Positions 11,873 through 23,534 of a stretch of DNA of 64,000 bases are shown here, in pieces. The stretch lies in the NCBI RefSeq assembly GCF_963921235.1, contig NC_086101.1:6698001-6762000 (forward strand). The letters are read 5' to 3'. The stretch's first letter is position 1, and every line of letters starts with the position of its first letter. The DNA is from Mobula hypostoma. Taxonomy: Eukaryota. Both the position numbers and the translations under genes were made by a program. Below the pieces are notes generated by a model. It ran no database searches, was not told where the DNA came from, and saw only the letters and a list, made by a program, of their open reading frames with translations.

Positions 11873-13880
11873 TACAGACCTCCCAATAGTAGCTGGGATG
11901 TGGACCATAGAGTACAACAGGATATGGAAAAGGAGTGACAAAAGGGCAATGTTATTATAGTCATGGGAGATTTGAACATGCAGGTCAATTGGGAAAATCA
12001 GGTTGGAAATGGATCTCAAGTGAGTGAGTTTGCTGAATGCCTGTGAGATGGCTTTTTAGAGCAGTTTGTTGTTGAGCCTACTGGGGGATCAGCAATACTG
12101 GATTGGTGTTATGGAATGAACTGGGGGTGATTAGGGTATTTAAAGTAAAAGAACCGTTAGGAGGCAGTGATCACACAATGATTGACTTCAACTTCAAATT
12201 TGATAGGGAGAAAGTGAAGTCTGACATAGCAGTAATACAGTGGAATAAGGGAATTTACAGTGATAGGTGAAAGGAGTTGGACAAAATAATTTGGAAGGAG
12301 ATGCTGGCAGGGATGACAGCAGAGCAGCAATGGAGCGAGTTTCTGGGAAGAAATGAGAAGGTGCAGGATGGGTGTATTCCAAAAACAAAAAAAAATACTC
12401 AAATGGGAAAATAATACAAGGGAAAAATAATACAAAGGCAAAGGAAAGGGCATAAAACAAAGCAAAGATTAGTGGGAAGGAAGGATTGAGAAGCTTTTAA
12501 AAACTACAGAGCGCAACTAAAAGAATCATTAGGGGACAGAACATGAAATATGAAAGCAAGCTGGCAAGCAATATCAAAGTGGATAGTAAAAGCTTTTTCA
12601 AGTACGTAAAAATAAAAGAGTGATTAGTGTGGATGTAGGATTGCTAGAAAATGAGGCCAGAGAAATAATAACGGAGGACAAGGAGGAGGCAGATGAACTA
12701 AGTAAGTGCAGTTAAACTTACAGGGGAGAAGGTGCTCAAAAAGCTGAAAGACTCAAGGGTACATTAGTCACCCGGACCAGATGAACTGCACACTCGGGGT
12801 CTGAAACAGATAGCCGTACAGATTGTGGAGGCATTAGAAATGATCTTTCAAAAATCATTGGAAGCCGGCAAGGTGCCAGACGACTGGAAAATTGCAAATG
12901 TCACTCCATTCTTTAAAAGAGGAAGGTAGCAGAAAAGAAATTATGACCAGTTAGCCTGACCTCAGTGATTGGGAAGATGTTAGATTCAATTGTTAAGGTT
13001 GAGGTTATGGAGTACTTGGTGACACAGGACAAGACAGAACAAAGTCAGCATGGTTTCCTTCAGGGAAGCTCTTGCATGAATAAACCTGTTGGAATTCTTT
13101 GACGAGATTACACATAGGATAGATGCAGTGTATGTTGTATAAATGGACTTTCAGAAGGCCTTTGACAAGGTGCCACACGAGGCTGCTACCAAGTTAAGAG
13201 CCCATGGTATTACAGGAAAGTTGCTGACATGTTTAGAGAGTTGGCTGATTGGTAGGAGGCAGCGACTGGGAATAGAAGTACCATTTTCTAGTTGGCTGCC
13301 AGTGACTAGTGGTGTTCCTCAGGGGTCAGTGTTGGGACTACTTCTTTTTATGCTGTATGTAAATGATTTAGATGATGGAATAGATGGTTTTGTTGCCAAG
13401 TTGGCAGATGATATGAAGACTGGTGGAGGGGAAGGCAGTGTTGAGGAAATAGGTAGGCTGCAGAAGGACTTAGACAGATTAGGAGAATGGGCAAGAAAGG
13501 AGAAAATGAAATACAATATTGGATAAAGCATGGTCATGCACATTGGTGGTAGAAATAAATCTGCAGACTGTATTCTAAGTGGGGAGAAAATCTAAAAATC
13601 GGAGATGCAATGAGACTTGGGAGTCCTTGTGCAGAACAATCTAAAAGTTAACTTGCTGGTTGAGTCAGTGGTGAGGAAGGCAAATGCAATGTTAGCATTC
13701 GATTCAAGAGATCTAGAATACAAGATCAGGGATGTGTTGCTGAGGCTTTATGAGGTACTGGTGAGGCTTCACCTTGAGTATTATGAACAGTTTTGGGCTC
13801 CTGATCTGAGAAAAGAGGTGATGGCATTGGAGAGGGTTCAAAAGAGGTTCAAAAATGGGCCAAGTAGATAATTCTGCTCC
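11873..13880 (+). mobile_element. Degenerate CR1 ORF2 (endonuclease + RT)
   Basis: MGDLNMQ.., DFQKAFDKVPH, VTSGVPQGSVLG, KLADDMK; many stops and frameshifts. Confidence 0.88.
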
Positions 13881-14200
13881 TATGTCATATTGTCTATAGT
13901 TCCCCTTCAGTCGTATTATTACAGCCAATTATATCAGGGAGGCAGAGCGAAGTTGTTATGGCTGCCAACGGCGACTCATTTGCTTGCATCTTCGGAAACA
14001 GCTCTATTTCCATCGTTAACATCTCTATTTTTCCCTTTCAGGATTCTTTTGAGGACCCTGACCTGGAGTTACACACTGACTACGGTTCTTTGCGAGAATG
14101 GAACCCGCTCTCGGGGTTCCACAATCAGCCGCTATTCAGTATACTGAAGTCTCGGCCCATGATCTCGGCACCTTTTCAGAAGCCTAGGATCCCAAGCAAC

Positions 14201-14342
14201 TGGTCCCCAGCACCCAGCAGATGTTCCGGCTCCCCCAACGACACACGGGTCTCCTGTGGTGACACCGACCCTTGATTCGCCCGTCAACTGGGGGAGTGTG
14301 TCGTTGGGGGAGTCGGAACATCTGCTGGGTGCCTGGGGACCA
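14201..14342. repeat. 46-bp inverted repeat (hairpin)
   Basis: 14201-14246 is the reverse complement of 14296-14342, with 1 mismatch and 1 indel; 49-nt loop. Confidence 0.9.
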
Positions 14343-14848
14343 GGGATCTTTGTGATCTTCAGGCACAGAGCTCGGAAAAAGTGACGTAACGGACTTTTAA
14401 CATCGTAATAAAGCGAGTTGTTTGTTTTCTCTCCCGCTGGCAGGAAAAATGGAGTCACCTTTCTCTCCCATATTAGGAGAGAGAGAGCCTGAAGTGTGTT
14501 GAACTACTGGGTGAACGATGTAGTCTTCGGGGTAACTGCAAGTCTGTGTCTGTGCTATCGCTTAGCTCACGCTGAGTGCTGGTCGAGGGTGTGCTTTACT
14601 TTTGCTGCTGGGGGGAGTGGGACTGTTGCTCGCTGCCGCTTATGTGCAGGACGGAGGGGAGCGGGGGGGGGGGGTTGTAATTGGGGTTCTAACATTTGAC
14701 TATCGTTCATTCTTTAGGGCAGTTCTGTTTTTGAAAAATGGTTGCGAAGAAAAAGCACTTCAGGATGTATACTGTATACATTTCTCTGACCTTTGAACCT
14801 TTGAAACTGTGCCTCATAAACAAGGACAAATGAAACTCTACGTTTTAC

Positions 14849-14964
14849 CTTGCTTAATGCCGTCAAACACTTTTTCCAACGCTATCATCAAATAGGGATG
14901 ATCGAATTTTTCAGCCCGTAGGGCACCATCTGTCACAGACAATGTCAGGGTATCCTCACTAATC
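14849..14964 (-). CDS. TRIM exon 5 (linker)
   Basis: tttgcag|GATTAG...AAGCAAG|gtaaaa; 116 bp, phase 2->1; (R)ISEDTLTLSVTDGALRAEKFDHPYLMIALEKVFDGIKQ. Confidence 0.88.
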
Positions 14965-15060
14965 CTGCAAATATTATACAGCTGGTTATAAACTGAGCAT
15001 CAGCAAAGTTTGAACTATTTTACAAATCCATCCAGAGTTTCAGTAAAGACCATGTCCTAC

Positions 15061-15083
15061 CTCTTCTTGCGATGAGTTTCCCC
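15061..15083 (-). CDS. TRIM exon 4 (23-bp micro-exon)
   Basis: atttcag|GGGGAAACTCATCGCAAGAAGAG|gtagga; a 23-bp phase 0->2 exon is typical of TRIM-B30.2 genes. Confidence 0.88.
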
Positions 15084-15214
15084 CTGAAATAAACAAAACA
15101 CAGATCTCAATTGACTGAGACTGACTGTCAGCATCCGAACAGCAGGAATGTGAGGCAAGTTATTACAAAGTGCTGAAAATTCCCACTTATTCCCACTAAC
15201 ACACACGGTGAAAG

Positions 15215-15560
15215 AAACATTGAAACATAGAAAACCTACAACACAATACAGGTCCTTTGGCCCACAAAGTTGTGCCGATCATGTCCCTACCTTAGAAATT
15301 ACTAGGGTTACCCATAGCCCTCTATTTTTCTAATTTCCATGTATCTATCCAAAAGTCTCTTAAAAGACCCTATCATATCCGCCTCCACCGCCGTTGCCGG
15401 CAGCCCATTCCACGCACTCACCACCCTCTGCGTAAAAATACCTACCCCTGACATCCCCTCTGTACCTACTCCAAAGCACCTTAAACCTGTGCCCTCTTGT
15501 GGCAGTCATTTCAGCCCTGGAGAGAGCCTCTGACTATCCACACGATCAATGCCTCTCAAC
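15215..15560 (-). mobile_element. CR1 3' fragment in TRIM intron 3
   Basis: Similar to 5620-5985; AGAAACAT-type tail. Confidence 0.8.
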
Positions 15561-16516
15561 CTCAAAGGGCCAAGTACACTCAACCTGTTTTCATGAGGCA
15601 TGAAAGAGGGACACAGAACCACGGGAGAAAGTACAAGGAATGTTTATGAAAATTGTACCATAACTGAGAGGATGGAACTTACAGGACAGACTGGACAGGT
15701 TGTGTATTTTTATCTGGATACGATGTCAGGGAGGATCAGATGGAGGAATTTCAGATTCCGAATGGATTTGATGGGATGGGAGTGGAGAAAATATTTCTGC
15801 TTGGACAGAGACCAAAACATCAATTAGTTTCTAATATATGCCACAAGAAATGTGGTGAAGAGAATGTGGAACTCACTGCCACAGGAGTGACTGCAGTGGA
15901 ACAGCAGAGATTGAATGTAATGGGGAAGCTGCATAAACACATGAGGGACCATGGAGTTGGGGTCACTGTTGCTCTGTGTGGTGAAAGTGTGGGAGGAGGC
16001 TTGTGAAGCAGGGAAATTGACAGGAGAAGAAGGGCTGAAAAACCTGTCTTTGATGGAAAATGGGATATAATCCGAAAAAGAATATATCTGAAAAACAAAA
16101 CAGATGGTACAAAATTCTCCAAAACACTGAAACTGATACAAACTGATATTAATTGTAAACCTGATGTGTGGGTCACATTCTGCAAGTCAACCTCAGTTCC
16201 CACCGATCGGCAGACAGACCCTCGCACATACTCACAGAGTCTGAGTATCAGGGATATTATACGTGGGAATCACAGAAACGATCACCAGCTCAGTGCTCTG
16301 ATCAGAGTAACTCATTCCCGAGAAGGTTGCAGACTGTCCTGTGATGTACGGATGTTGTGGGAGTCCGGTTTGAGGAATGACAGCAGTCCAGAACAGTGAA
16401 AACATCTGCCAGGTTTAAACCACTTTACAGCTGCAGTATCTGTAAATTCCACACTGATTTAAAATACGTCATTTTGTGACTGTGCACTTTTACAGAACCA
16501 GACTGAAATCTCTCAC

Positions 16517-16750
16517 CATAAGGAATATCACATTGTCTTTCTGATCCTTCCGTGTCTGTAACTCAGAGATTTCCTCCTGAATAGAATTTAAATTCTCTTG
16601 AACCTCTCGGAGATTTTTCTCCATTAGAATTAGAATCCTCTCCTCTTCTTCCCTGAGATCTCGGAGCGCGCGCTGCTCTTTCTCGGTGATAATCCGGCGC
16701 AATTCAGCAAACTGGGATGTGATGTGGGACTGAAGGCTTTGTGACTGTTC
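16517..16750 (-). CDS. TRIM exon 3 (coiled coil)
   Basis: ttgacag|GAACAG...CTTATG|gtgaga; 234 bp open frame EQSQSLQSHITSQFAELRRIITEKEQRALRDLREEEE...NVIFLM. Confidence 0.93.
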
Positions 16751-17558
16751 CTGTCAAATGAAAGGAGAGGCTAGTTTATTATCTGGCCCTGATATATTTC
16801 CTTATGATATGGAAGGTCTATCCAGCCCATTATCATCCAAGAGGACCACAACCTTGCCGTTGGGTTTGGAGGCTTGTGTGCCTCAGTGACCCAAAGAACT
16901 CTGCTGGCTGGAATGTGGGCTTTATGCTTTGAATCTTGATAGGGTTACCCATGCCAAACAGGTCAAAGGGTAGATGCCAGAGTAAGAATGGTCTACTGGT
17001 CCTCCAGGTTGATGGGTTCAGCTCAGGGCTAACAATACTGACTGGTAAAACAAAATTGTTACAGAAACAATGAAGAGTCTTTCTATATCTGAGTGTCATG
17101 TTATTCCTGAGTCTCCACTCAGGACCTGTATGACTGACAGGAGTGAAAACTGAAAAGTAGCTGCTGACGTGTTCAATGACGACATGAACACGGCCAGAGA
17201 TGGAGGACTGTCATTGCTGTCTAAACACCAGTGGCATAACAGGCAGTAAGTAAGTGGCTCTCAGATCTTCGGTCACACTTCCCTGCAACCCAGTCTTCCT
17301 CACTGACCCATTAACTCCCACCTGATTCACATACAACCTCCCTTCACGGGGTTAATTACAGTAGCCAATTTACCGTTCAACCATGGAATGTCGGCTAAAA
17401 GAAGGCACTGGTTACGGAGAGAACGCGCAAACTCCACGCAGACAGCACCAGGGGTTAGGATCAAACCCAGGTTACTGGAGCTGCGATACTCGGCTATTCC
17501 TCATTAAAGGGAACAAAACTACACAACGATATTGGAAATTCTGCTCAGGAAGCCTCAC

Positions 17559-17654
17559 CCGAACTCCAGAAATCTTCTCTTTCTGTTGTTGCTCCATTTC
17601 CTGAAAGTCCGATTTCTTTTTTGTGAGAGAGTCTAAGGAAGATTTAACCTGGTC
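17559..17654 (-). CDS. TRIM exon 2 (coiled coil)
   Basis: tcccag|GACCAG...TTCGG|gtgagg; 96 bp (typical TRIM exon size); DQVKSSLDSLTKKKSDFQEMEQQQKEKISGVR. Confidence 0.93.
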
Positions 17655-17740
17655 CTGGGAATCAAGAGTGAATGGATTAGACAAAAAAGATGACACTTTT
17701 GGCTGAGAGAAAAAGACGGTCGAAAGCGGGTTATTTTTAC

Positions 17741-18151
17741 CTTGTAAGTTTTAATGGCTTCTTTAATCGACATGAAGTTGTGAGACTTGTGTTCCAGTGC
17801 ATCTCTACAGATCAGACAGATCAGTTTCTTGTCCGTCTCACAAAACAGCTTCAGTTCTTCCTGGTGTTCCTCGCAGTGAAGTTTACTTTCCTTCTCTTTC
17901 GGATTCAGGTTTAGTTTTCGAGCTTTCTCAGACAGATTTGCTAAGGCCCGACTGGCCCTGAGGGTGCGGTCCGCAATCTCCTCTCTACATTCCGGGCAGG
18001 AGTTACTCTCCTCCCTTTCCCAACACCGTGTGATGCAGGAGCGGCAGAAGTTGTGTCCACACTCCAGTATAACCGGATCGATGAAAAAATCCAGGCAGAT
18101 GGGACAAATTATCTCTTCGATTAAACCCTCAACCTGTCCTTTCGAAGCCAT
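17741..18151 (-). CDS. TRIM (tripartite motif) E3 ligase, coding exon 1: RING finger + B-box 2
   Basis: MASKGQVEGLIEEIICPICLDFFIDPVILECGHNFCRSCITRCW...CPECR (C3HC4 RING) and HCEEHQEELKLFCETDKKLICLICRDALEHKSH (B-box); ATG at 18151; 411 bp, phase 0; donor AAG|GTAAAA. Confidence 0.96.
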
Positions 18152-18182
18152 GTTAACTCTCGGTACTTCCTGGTTCAGGATC

Positions 18183-18194
18183 CTTTCACTTTCG
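18183..18194 (-). promoter_or_regulatory. ISRE/IRF-binding element upstream of the TRIM ATG
   Basis: GAAAGTGAAAG (GAAANNGAAA consensus) about 30 bp upstream of the ATG, followed by an ETS-like CAGGAAGT. Confidence 0.6.
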
Positions 18195-18479
18195 CGAGCT
18201 GCTGAACCGCTGCAGTACCGCGATTGTCCAGTAGGCGCGCTGCAGTCTCGGGAATGAAGATAACGTTGCTGCAAGTGTTCTCTGGGGAGGAATCGCAGCA
18301 ATTTCCACGTCAGGGTGGGATCAGAAACACATTAAAGAGGTCTGAATATAAATGAACCCGGAGCACAGAGCCTGGTTCAGTGTAAGGCAGAACTGAAAGG
18401 GACAATTCCTGAAAAGCGAGAGAACAGTTGGCCTGTTTTCCGACCCTGCTCCTGGATGCTCCTGCCCCACTGAACTCGT

Positions 18480-19855
18480 GTCCTCAAACATAACTTTACC
18501 TCCTCCCTTCTCTACTTTCTGCAGGGATCACTCCCTCCATAACTCCCTTGTCCATTCACCCTCCCCACTAATCTCACTCCTGACATTTACCCCTGCAAGC
18601 AGCCAAACTACCTAGTCACCTCCTCCCTCACCTCCATTCAAGGACCCAAAAAGTCCTTCCAGGTGAGGCAACACTTCATCTGCTGGGGTCATTTATTTGG
18701 TCTGCCGCTCCTAATGCAGCCTCCTCTACATTGGTCTGACCTGGTGTAAACTGGGGACTGCATTGTCAAACACCTCTGCTCCATCTGCCAAAGATGGAAC
18801 TTCCTGGTGGCCAAACATTTTAATTCCAATTCTCATTCCCATTCCAACCTGTCAGTCCATAGCCTTCTCTTGTGTGAAGGAAGAACAATGTATATTATGT
18901 CTGGGTAGCCTCCAACCTGATGGCATGAATTTTATTTCTGCTTCCAGAAAAAAATTCCGTCGTCCTCCCCTGTTCATCTATTCCCCACTCTGGCCGCTTA
19001 CCTTCGCCTAACTGACTATCATCTCCTCCTGCGTCCCCTCCTCCTTCCCTTTCTCCTATGGTATGCTCTGTCCGCCAGAGAAAGCAGGATCTCCCAGTGG
19101 CCACACATTTTAATTCCACATCCCATTCCCATTCTGACATGTCTATCCACGGCCTCCTCTACTGTAAAGATGAAGCCACACTCAGGTTGGAGGAACAACA
19201 CCTTATATTCCGTCTGGGTAGCCTCCAACCTGATGGCATGAACATTGACTTCTCTAACTTCCGCTAGGCCCCACCTTCCCCTCGTACCCCATCTGTAACT
19301 CATTTTTATGCACACATTCTTTCTCTCACTCTCCTTTTTCTCCCTCTGTCCCTCTGAATATACCTCTTGCCCATCCTCTGGGTCACCCCCCCCCATCTTT
19401 CTTCCCGGACCTCCTGTCCCATGATTATCTCGTATCCCCTTTTGTCTATCACCTGTCCAGCTCTCGGCTCTATCCCTCCCCCTCCTGTCTTCTCCTATCA
19501 TTTTGCATCCCCCCTCCCCCTCCAGCTTTCAAATCCCTTACTCACTCTTCCTTCAGTTAGTCCTGACGAAGGGTCTTGGCCTGAAACGTCGACTGCGCCT
19601 CTTCCTATAGATGCTGCTTGGCCTGCTGCGTTCACCAGCAACTTTGATGTGTGTTGCTTGAATTTCCAGCATCTGCAGAATTCTTGTTGTTTGCTTTCCA
19701 ACCTACTTGGCTTCAGCTATCTTCCTTTCCGTTCTGTCCCCACCTCCCACCAATTTTATTCTAGAGACTTCCCCCTTCCTTTCCAGTTCTGAAGAAGGAT
19801 CTCGGCCCGAAATGTCATTTCCATAGATGCAGTCTGACCTGCTGAGTTCATCCAG
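18480..19855 (+). mobile_element. Nested Penelope-like fragments; young copy at 19065-19695 with hammerhead motif at 19558-19595
   Basis: GIY-YIG C-terminus EEQHLIFRLGSLQPDGMNIDFSNFR; TAGTC-CTGACGA..GAAA-CGTC-GACTG. Confidence 0.88.
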
Positions 19856-20264
19856 TATAGAACATAGCAAATTTACAGCACTTCTGCCCATAGCGTAATG
19901 CCAGACATGGAACATACTCTCGAAGCTGCCAAGAATTTCCCTACCGCATCGCACTCTATTTTTCTAAGGTCCATGTACCAATCTAAGAGATTTTTAAAAG
20001 ATCTTACTGTACCTGGCTCCACCACCTTCACTGGCAATGCATTCCACGCACCCACCACTCTCTGTGTGAAAAACTTACCCCTGACATCCCCTTGTACCTA
20101 CTTCCAAGCACCTTAAAACTATGGCCCCTCGTGTTAGCCATTTCAGCCCCGGGAAAAAGCTTCTGGCTATCCACGCGATCAATGCCCCTCATCATATTGC
20201 CCACCACTGGGAAAAGAGGACGGGAATGGTGAAGGAGAAGTGGGGGTGGGGGGTGGGGGCATTA

Positions 20265-23105
20265 CCATGGCTTCCTCCACTGTTGTGATGAGTCCACATT
20301 TAGGTTGGAAGAACAATACTTTATATTCTGTCTGGGTAGCCTCCAGCCTGCTGGTATCAACATCGATTTCTCGAACTTCCGGTAATGCCCCCAACCCCCT
20401 CTCCTTCACCATTCCCCATCCCCAGTTTCCCTCTCTCATCTTATCTCCTTGTCCGCCCATCGCCTCCGTCTGGTGCTCCTCCCCATATACTTTCTTCCAT
20501 GACCTTCTGTCTCTTCTATCAGACTCCCCCTTCTCCAGCCCTGTATCTCTTTCACCGATCAAATTCCCAGCTCTTTACTTCATCCCTCCCCCTTCAGTTT
20601 ACTCCTATCACCGTGTGTTTCTCTCTCCCCTCCCCCAGCTTTTAAATCTACTTCAGCTTTTTTTTTCTCCAGCCCTGCCGAAGGGTTTCGGTCCGAAGCG
20701 ACGACTGTACCTGCCCCTCCCCCCCCCATCCCCCCACAGAAGCTGCCTGGTTTGCTGAGTTCCTCCTGCATTTTGTGTGTGTTGCACCGAGTACATCGAG
20801 TCCTTCCTGGTGACTTGTGGTCAAAGGTGTTGGTCTGGCGGAACTGTGCTCAAGTTCATTAACGCAAAGTTCACATTAACAGGCGATAAACAAAGTCACT
20901 GACAGGAGCTTCCTGTGACTCTGAGAACAAACTCGGCCCTTCCATCGGACTGAAATCTGCAGTTCAGGGAGGCGGTCCGCCAACTCACCCTCAAACCCGC
21001 AGATAAGTGGGGTGCTGTAGTAGTCTGGCGTACGGACCTCTACCATTCAGACCCAGCAACAATTCTCACACACCTCCTGCTTACCCCTCCAACAGGACCC
21101 CACCAAGGAGCACCAGGCCACTGTCTCCCACACCATCACCGGCTTTATAAGCTCTGGGGATCTCCCACCCACTGCCTGCAACCTCATCGTTCCCGCACCC
21201 CACATCTCCCCTTTCTACCTCTTACCCAAGATCCACAAACCTGCCTGTCCAGGTAGACCCATTGTTTCAGCATGTTCCTGCCCCACTGAGCTCATATTGG
21301 CACACCTCGACTCTGTTTTATCCCTCCTGGTCCAGTCCCTTCCTCTCTACAACAGTGGCACTTCACACACATTCTGGATCTTTTCAATGATTTCAAATTC
21401 CCTGGTCCGAATCATCTTATTTTCACTCTGGATGTCCTGTACCCCCACCTCCACCCCCAACCAGGAAGGCCTCAAAGCTCTCCATTTCTTACTGAACAGC
21501 AGACCCAACCAGTTCTCCTCCAGCACCACTCTCCTCTATCTGGCAGAACCTGTCCTCACTCTCAGTAATGTCTCCTTTGGCTCCTCCCACTTCCTTCAAA
21601 CAAAAGGGGTAACCATGGGCACTCGCAAGGGTCCCAGCTATGTCTCCCTTTTTATCAGCTACATGGAACAGTTTATGTTACTGGTGTCTGTCCCCCACTT
21701 TTCCTACGCTACATTGATGACTGCATTGGTGTTGCTTCCTGCACCGATTCTGAGCTCTTCAAATTCATCAACTTTCCCTCCAACGTCCACCATGCCCTCA
21801 ATTTTTCCTGGTCCATTTCCAAATCCTCCCTCCCCTTTCTTGATCTCACTGTCTCTGTCTCTGGAGACAGCTTATTTACTGATGCCTGTTATAAACCCAC
21901 AGACTCTCACAGCTACCTGGACTATACCTCTTCCTACCCTGTTACTTGTAAAGACGCCACCCCTTTCTCTCAATTCCTCTGTCTCCGCCGCATCTACTCC
22001 CAGGGAGAGGCTTTTCATTTCAGAAAATTGGAGGTGTCCCCCTTCTTCAAAGAAAGGGGTTCCCTTCCTCCACCATCAATGCTGCCCTCAGCCGCACCTT
22101 TTCCAGTTCACGATGTCTGCTCTCACCCCATTCTCCTGCCACCCCATCAGGGATAGGGTTCCTCTTGTCTTCACCTGCCACCCCACCAACCTTTGTGTCC
22201 AGCACATAATTCTCCGTAACTTCCACCATCTCCAACAGGATCCCACTGCCAAGCACATCTTTCCCTCCCCCTCGCTGTCTGCTTTCCACAGGGTTCTCCC
22301 CCTACACGACTCCCTTGTCTATTCGCACCCCCCCCCCCCCGCCACCCACCACTGATCTCCCTCCTGGCAAACGGAACATGTGCTACACCTGGCCCGACAC
22401 ATCCTCCCTCACTACCATTCAGGGCCCCAAACAGTTCTTCCAGGTGAGGCGACACTTCACCTGTGAGTCTGTTGGGGTGACATACTGTGTCTGGTGCTCC
22501 CGGTGTGGCTTCCTGTACATCAGTGAGACCTGACATAGATTGGCAGGCTGCTTTGCCAAGCACCTATGCTCCATTTGCCAGAAAACGCAGGATCTCCCAG
22601 TGGCCACCCATTTTAATTAAACTTCTCATTCCCATTCTGACATTTCAATCCGTGGCGATGAGGCCATGCTCAGGTTGGAGGAGCAACACCTTACATTCTA
22701 TGTGGGTATCCTCCATCCTGATGGCATGAACATCGATTTCTCAGCCCCTCTTTCACCATTCCCTGTCCCCTTTTCCCTCTCTCACTTAACCTCCTTGCCT
22801 GCCCATCGCCTCCCTTTTCTTTCCTCCGTGGCCTTCTGTTCTCTCCTATCAGACTCCCCCTTCTCCAGCCATGTATCTCTTTCACCGATCAAATTCCCAG
22901 CTCTTTACTTCACCCCTTCCCGCTTCCCGGTGTCACCTATCACCCTGTGTTTCATCCCTCCCCCCCCCCCCAACTTTTAACCCTGACTCCTCATCTGTTT
23001 CTCTCTGGTCTTGATGAAGGGTCTCGCCCGAAATGTTGACTGTACTCTTTTCCTTAGATGCTGCCTGGCCTGCTGAATTCCTCCAGCATTTTGTGTGTGC
23101 TGCAA
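20265..23105 (+). mobile_element. Large degenerate Penelope-like element (upstream pLTR copy + RT + GIY-YIG + pLTR)
   Basis: KPADKWGAVVV, FYLLPKIHKP, FLQTKGVTMGT, HFTCESVGVTYCVWCSRCG; 3' block repeated at 20265-20785 and 22660-23105 (partial tandem typical of PLEs). Confidence 0.88.
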
Positions 23106-23534
23106 AGGTAAAGTTATGTTTTAAGAAATTAAGCTTTCTTTATAATAACATATCTACAAAAGTTTAAAACAGTTCAAATGATATTTGACATTCTTAATGT
23201 CATATGGTCAATACAGTCAGTAATGTTGACACTGTTTAAACCATTGTCACTCAGATCGCCTCGGGGATGTTGCAAATTTCAGTGTTCGTGGGGCTTCCCC
23301 ACCTGACCCAGGCCCTCTCTGTGTGCTAGCAGAAGGATTCTCGACTGTAGTCCTCTCCCAGAGACTTTGCACTGGCTGCACTGAATGTCACTGTGTCCCT
23401 CAGCACATCCTCCTGCAGCCTGGACTGTGCCTGTCTGCCAGAATTTTGAGAGTGTCAGGGCACAGAAGTGAGTGTTGTCACTGTCACTATGGAGAAGGAC
23501 CGTGGAAAGCAGAAAGATCTGAAAGTAGACAAGT

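Noticed and set aside
18152..18301. Upstream extension of the TRIM ORF
   Set aside because: Starts at a non-ATG codon; GTTAACATGG at 18151 is a good Kozak context just before the RING
21297..22355. 352-aa ORF as an intact reverse transcriptase
   Set aside because: It drifts in and out of the Penelope RT frame; catalytic motifs are not in one frame
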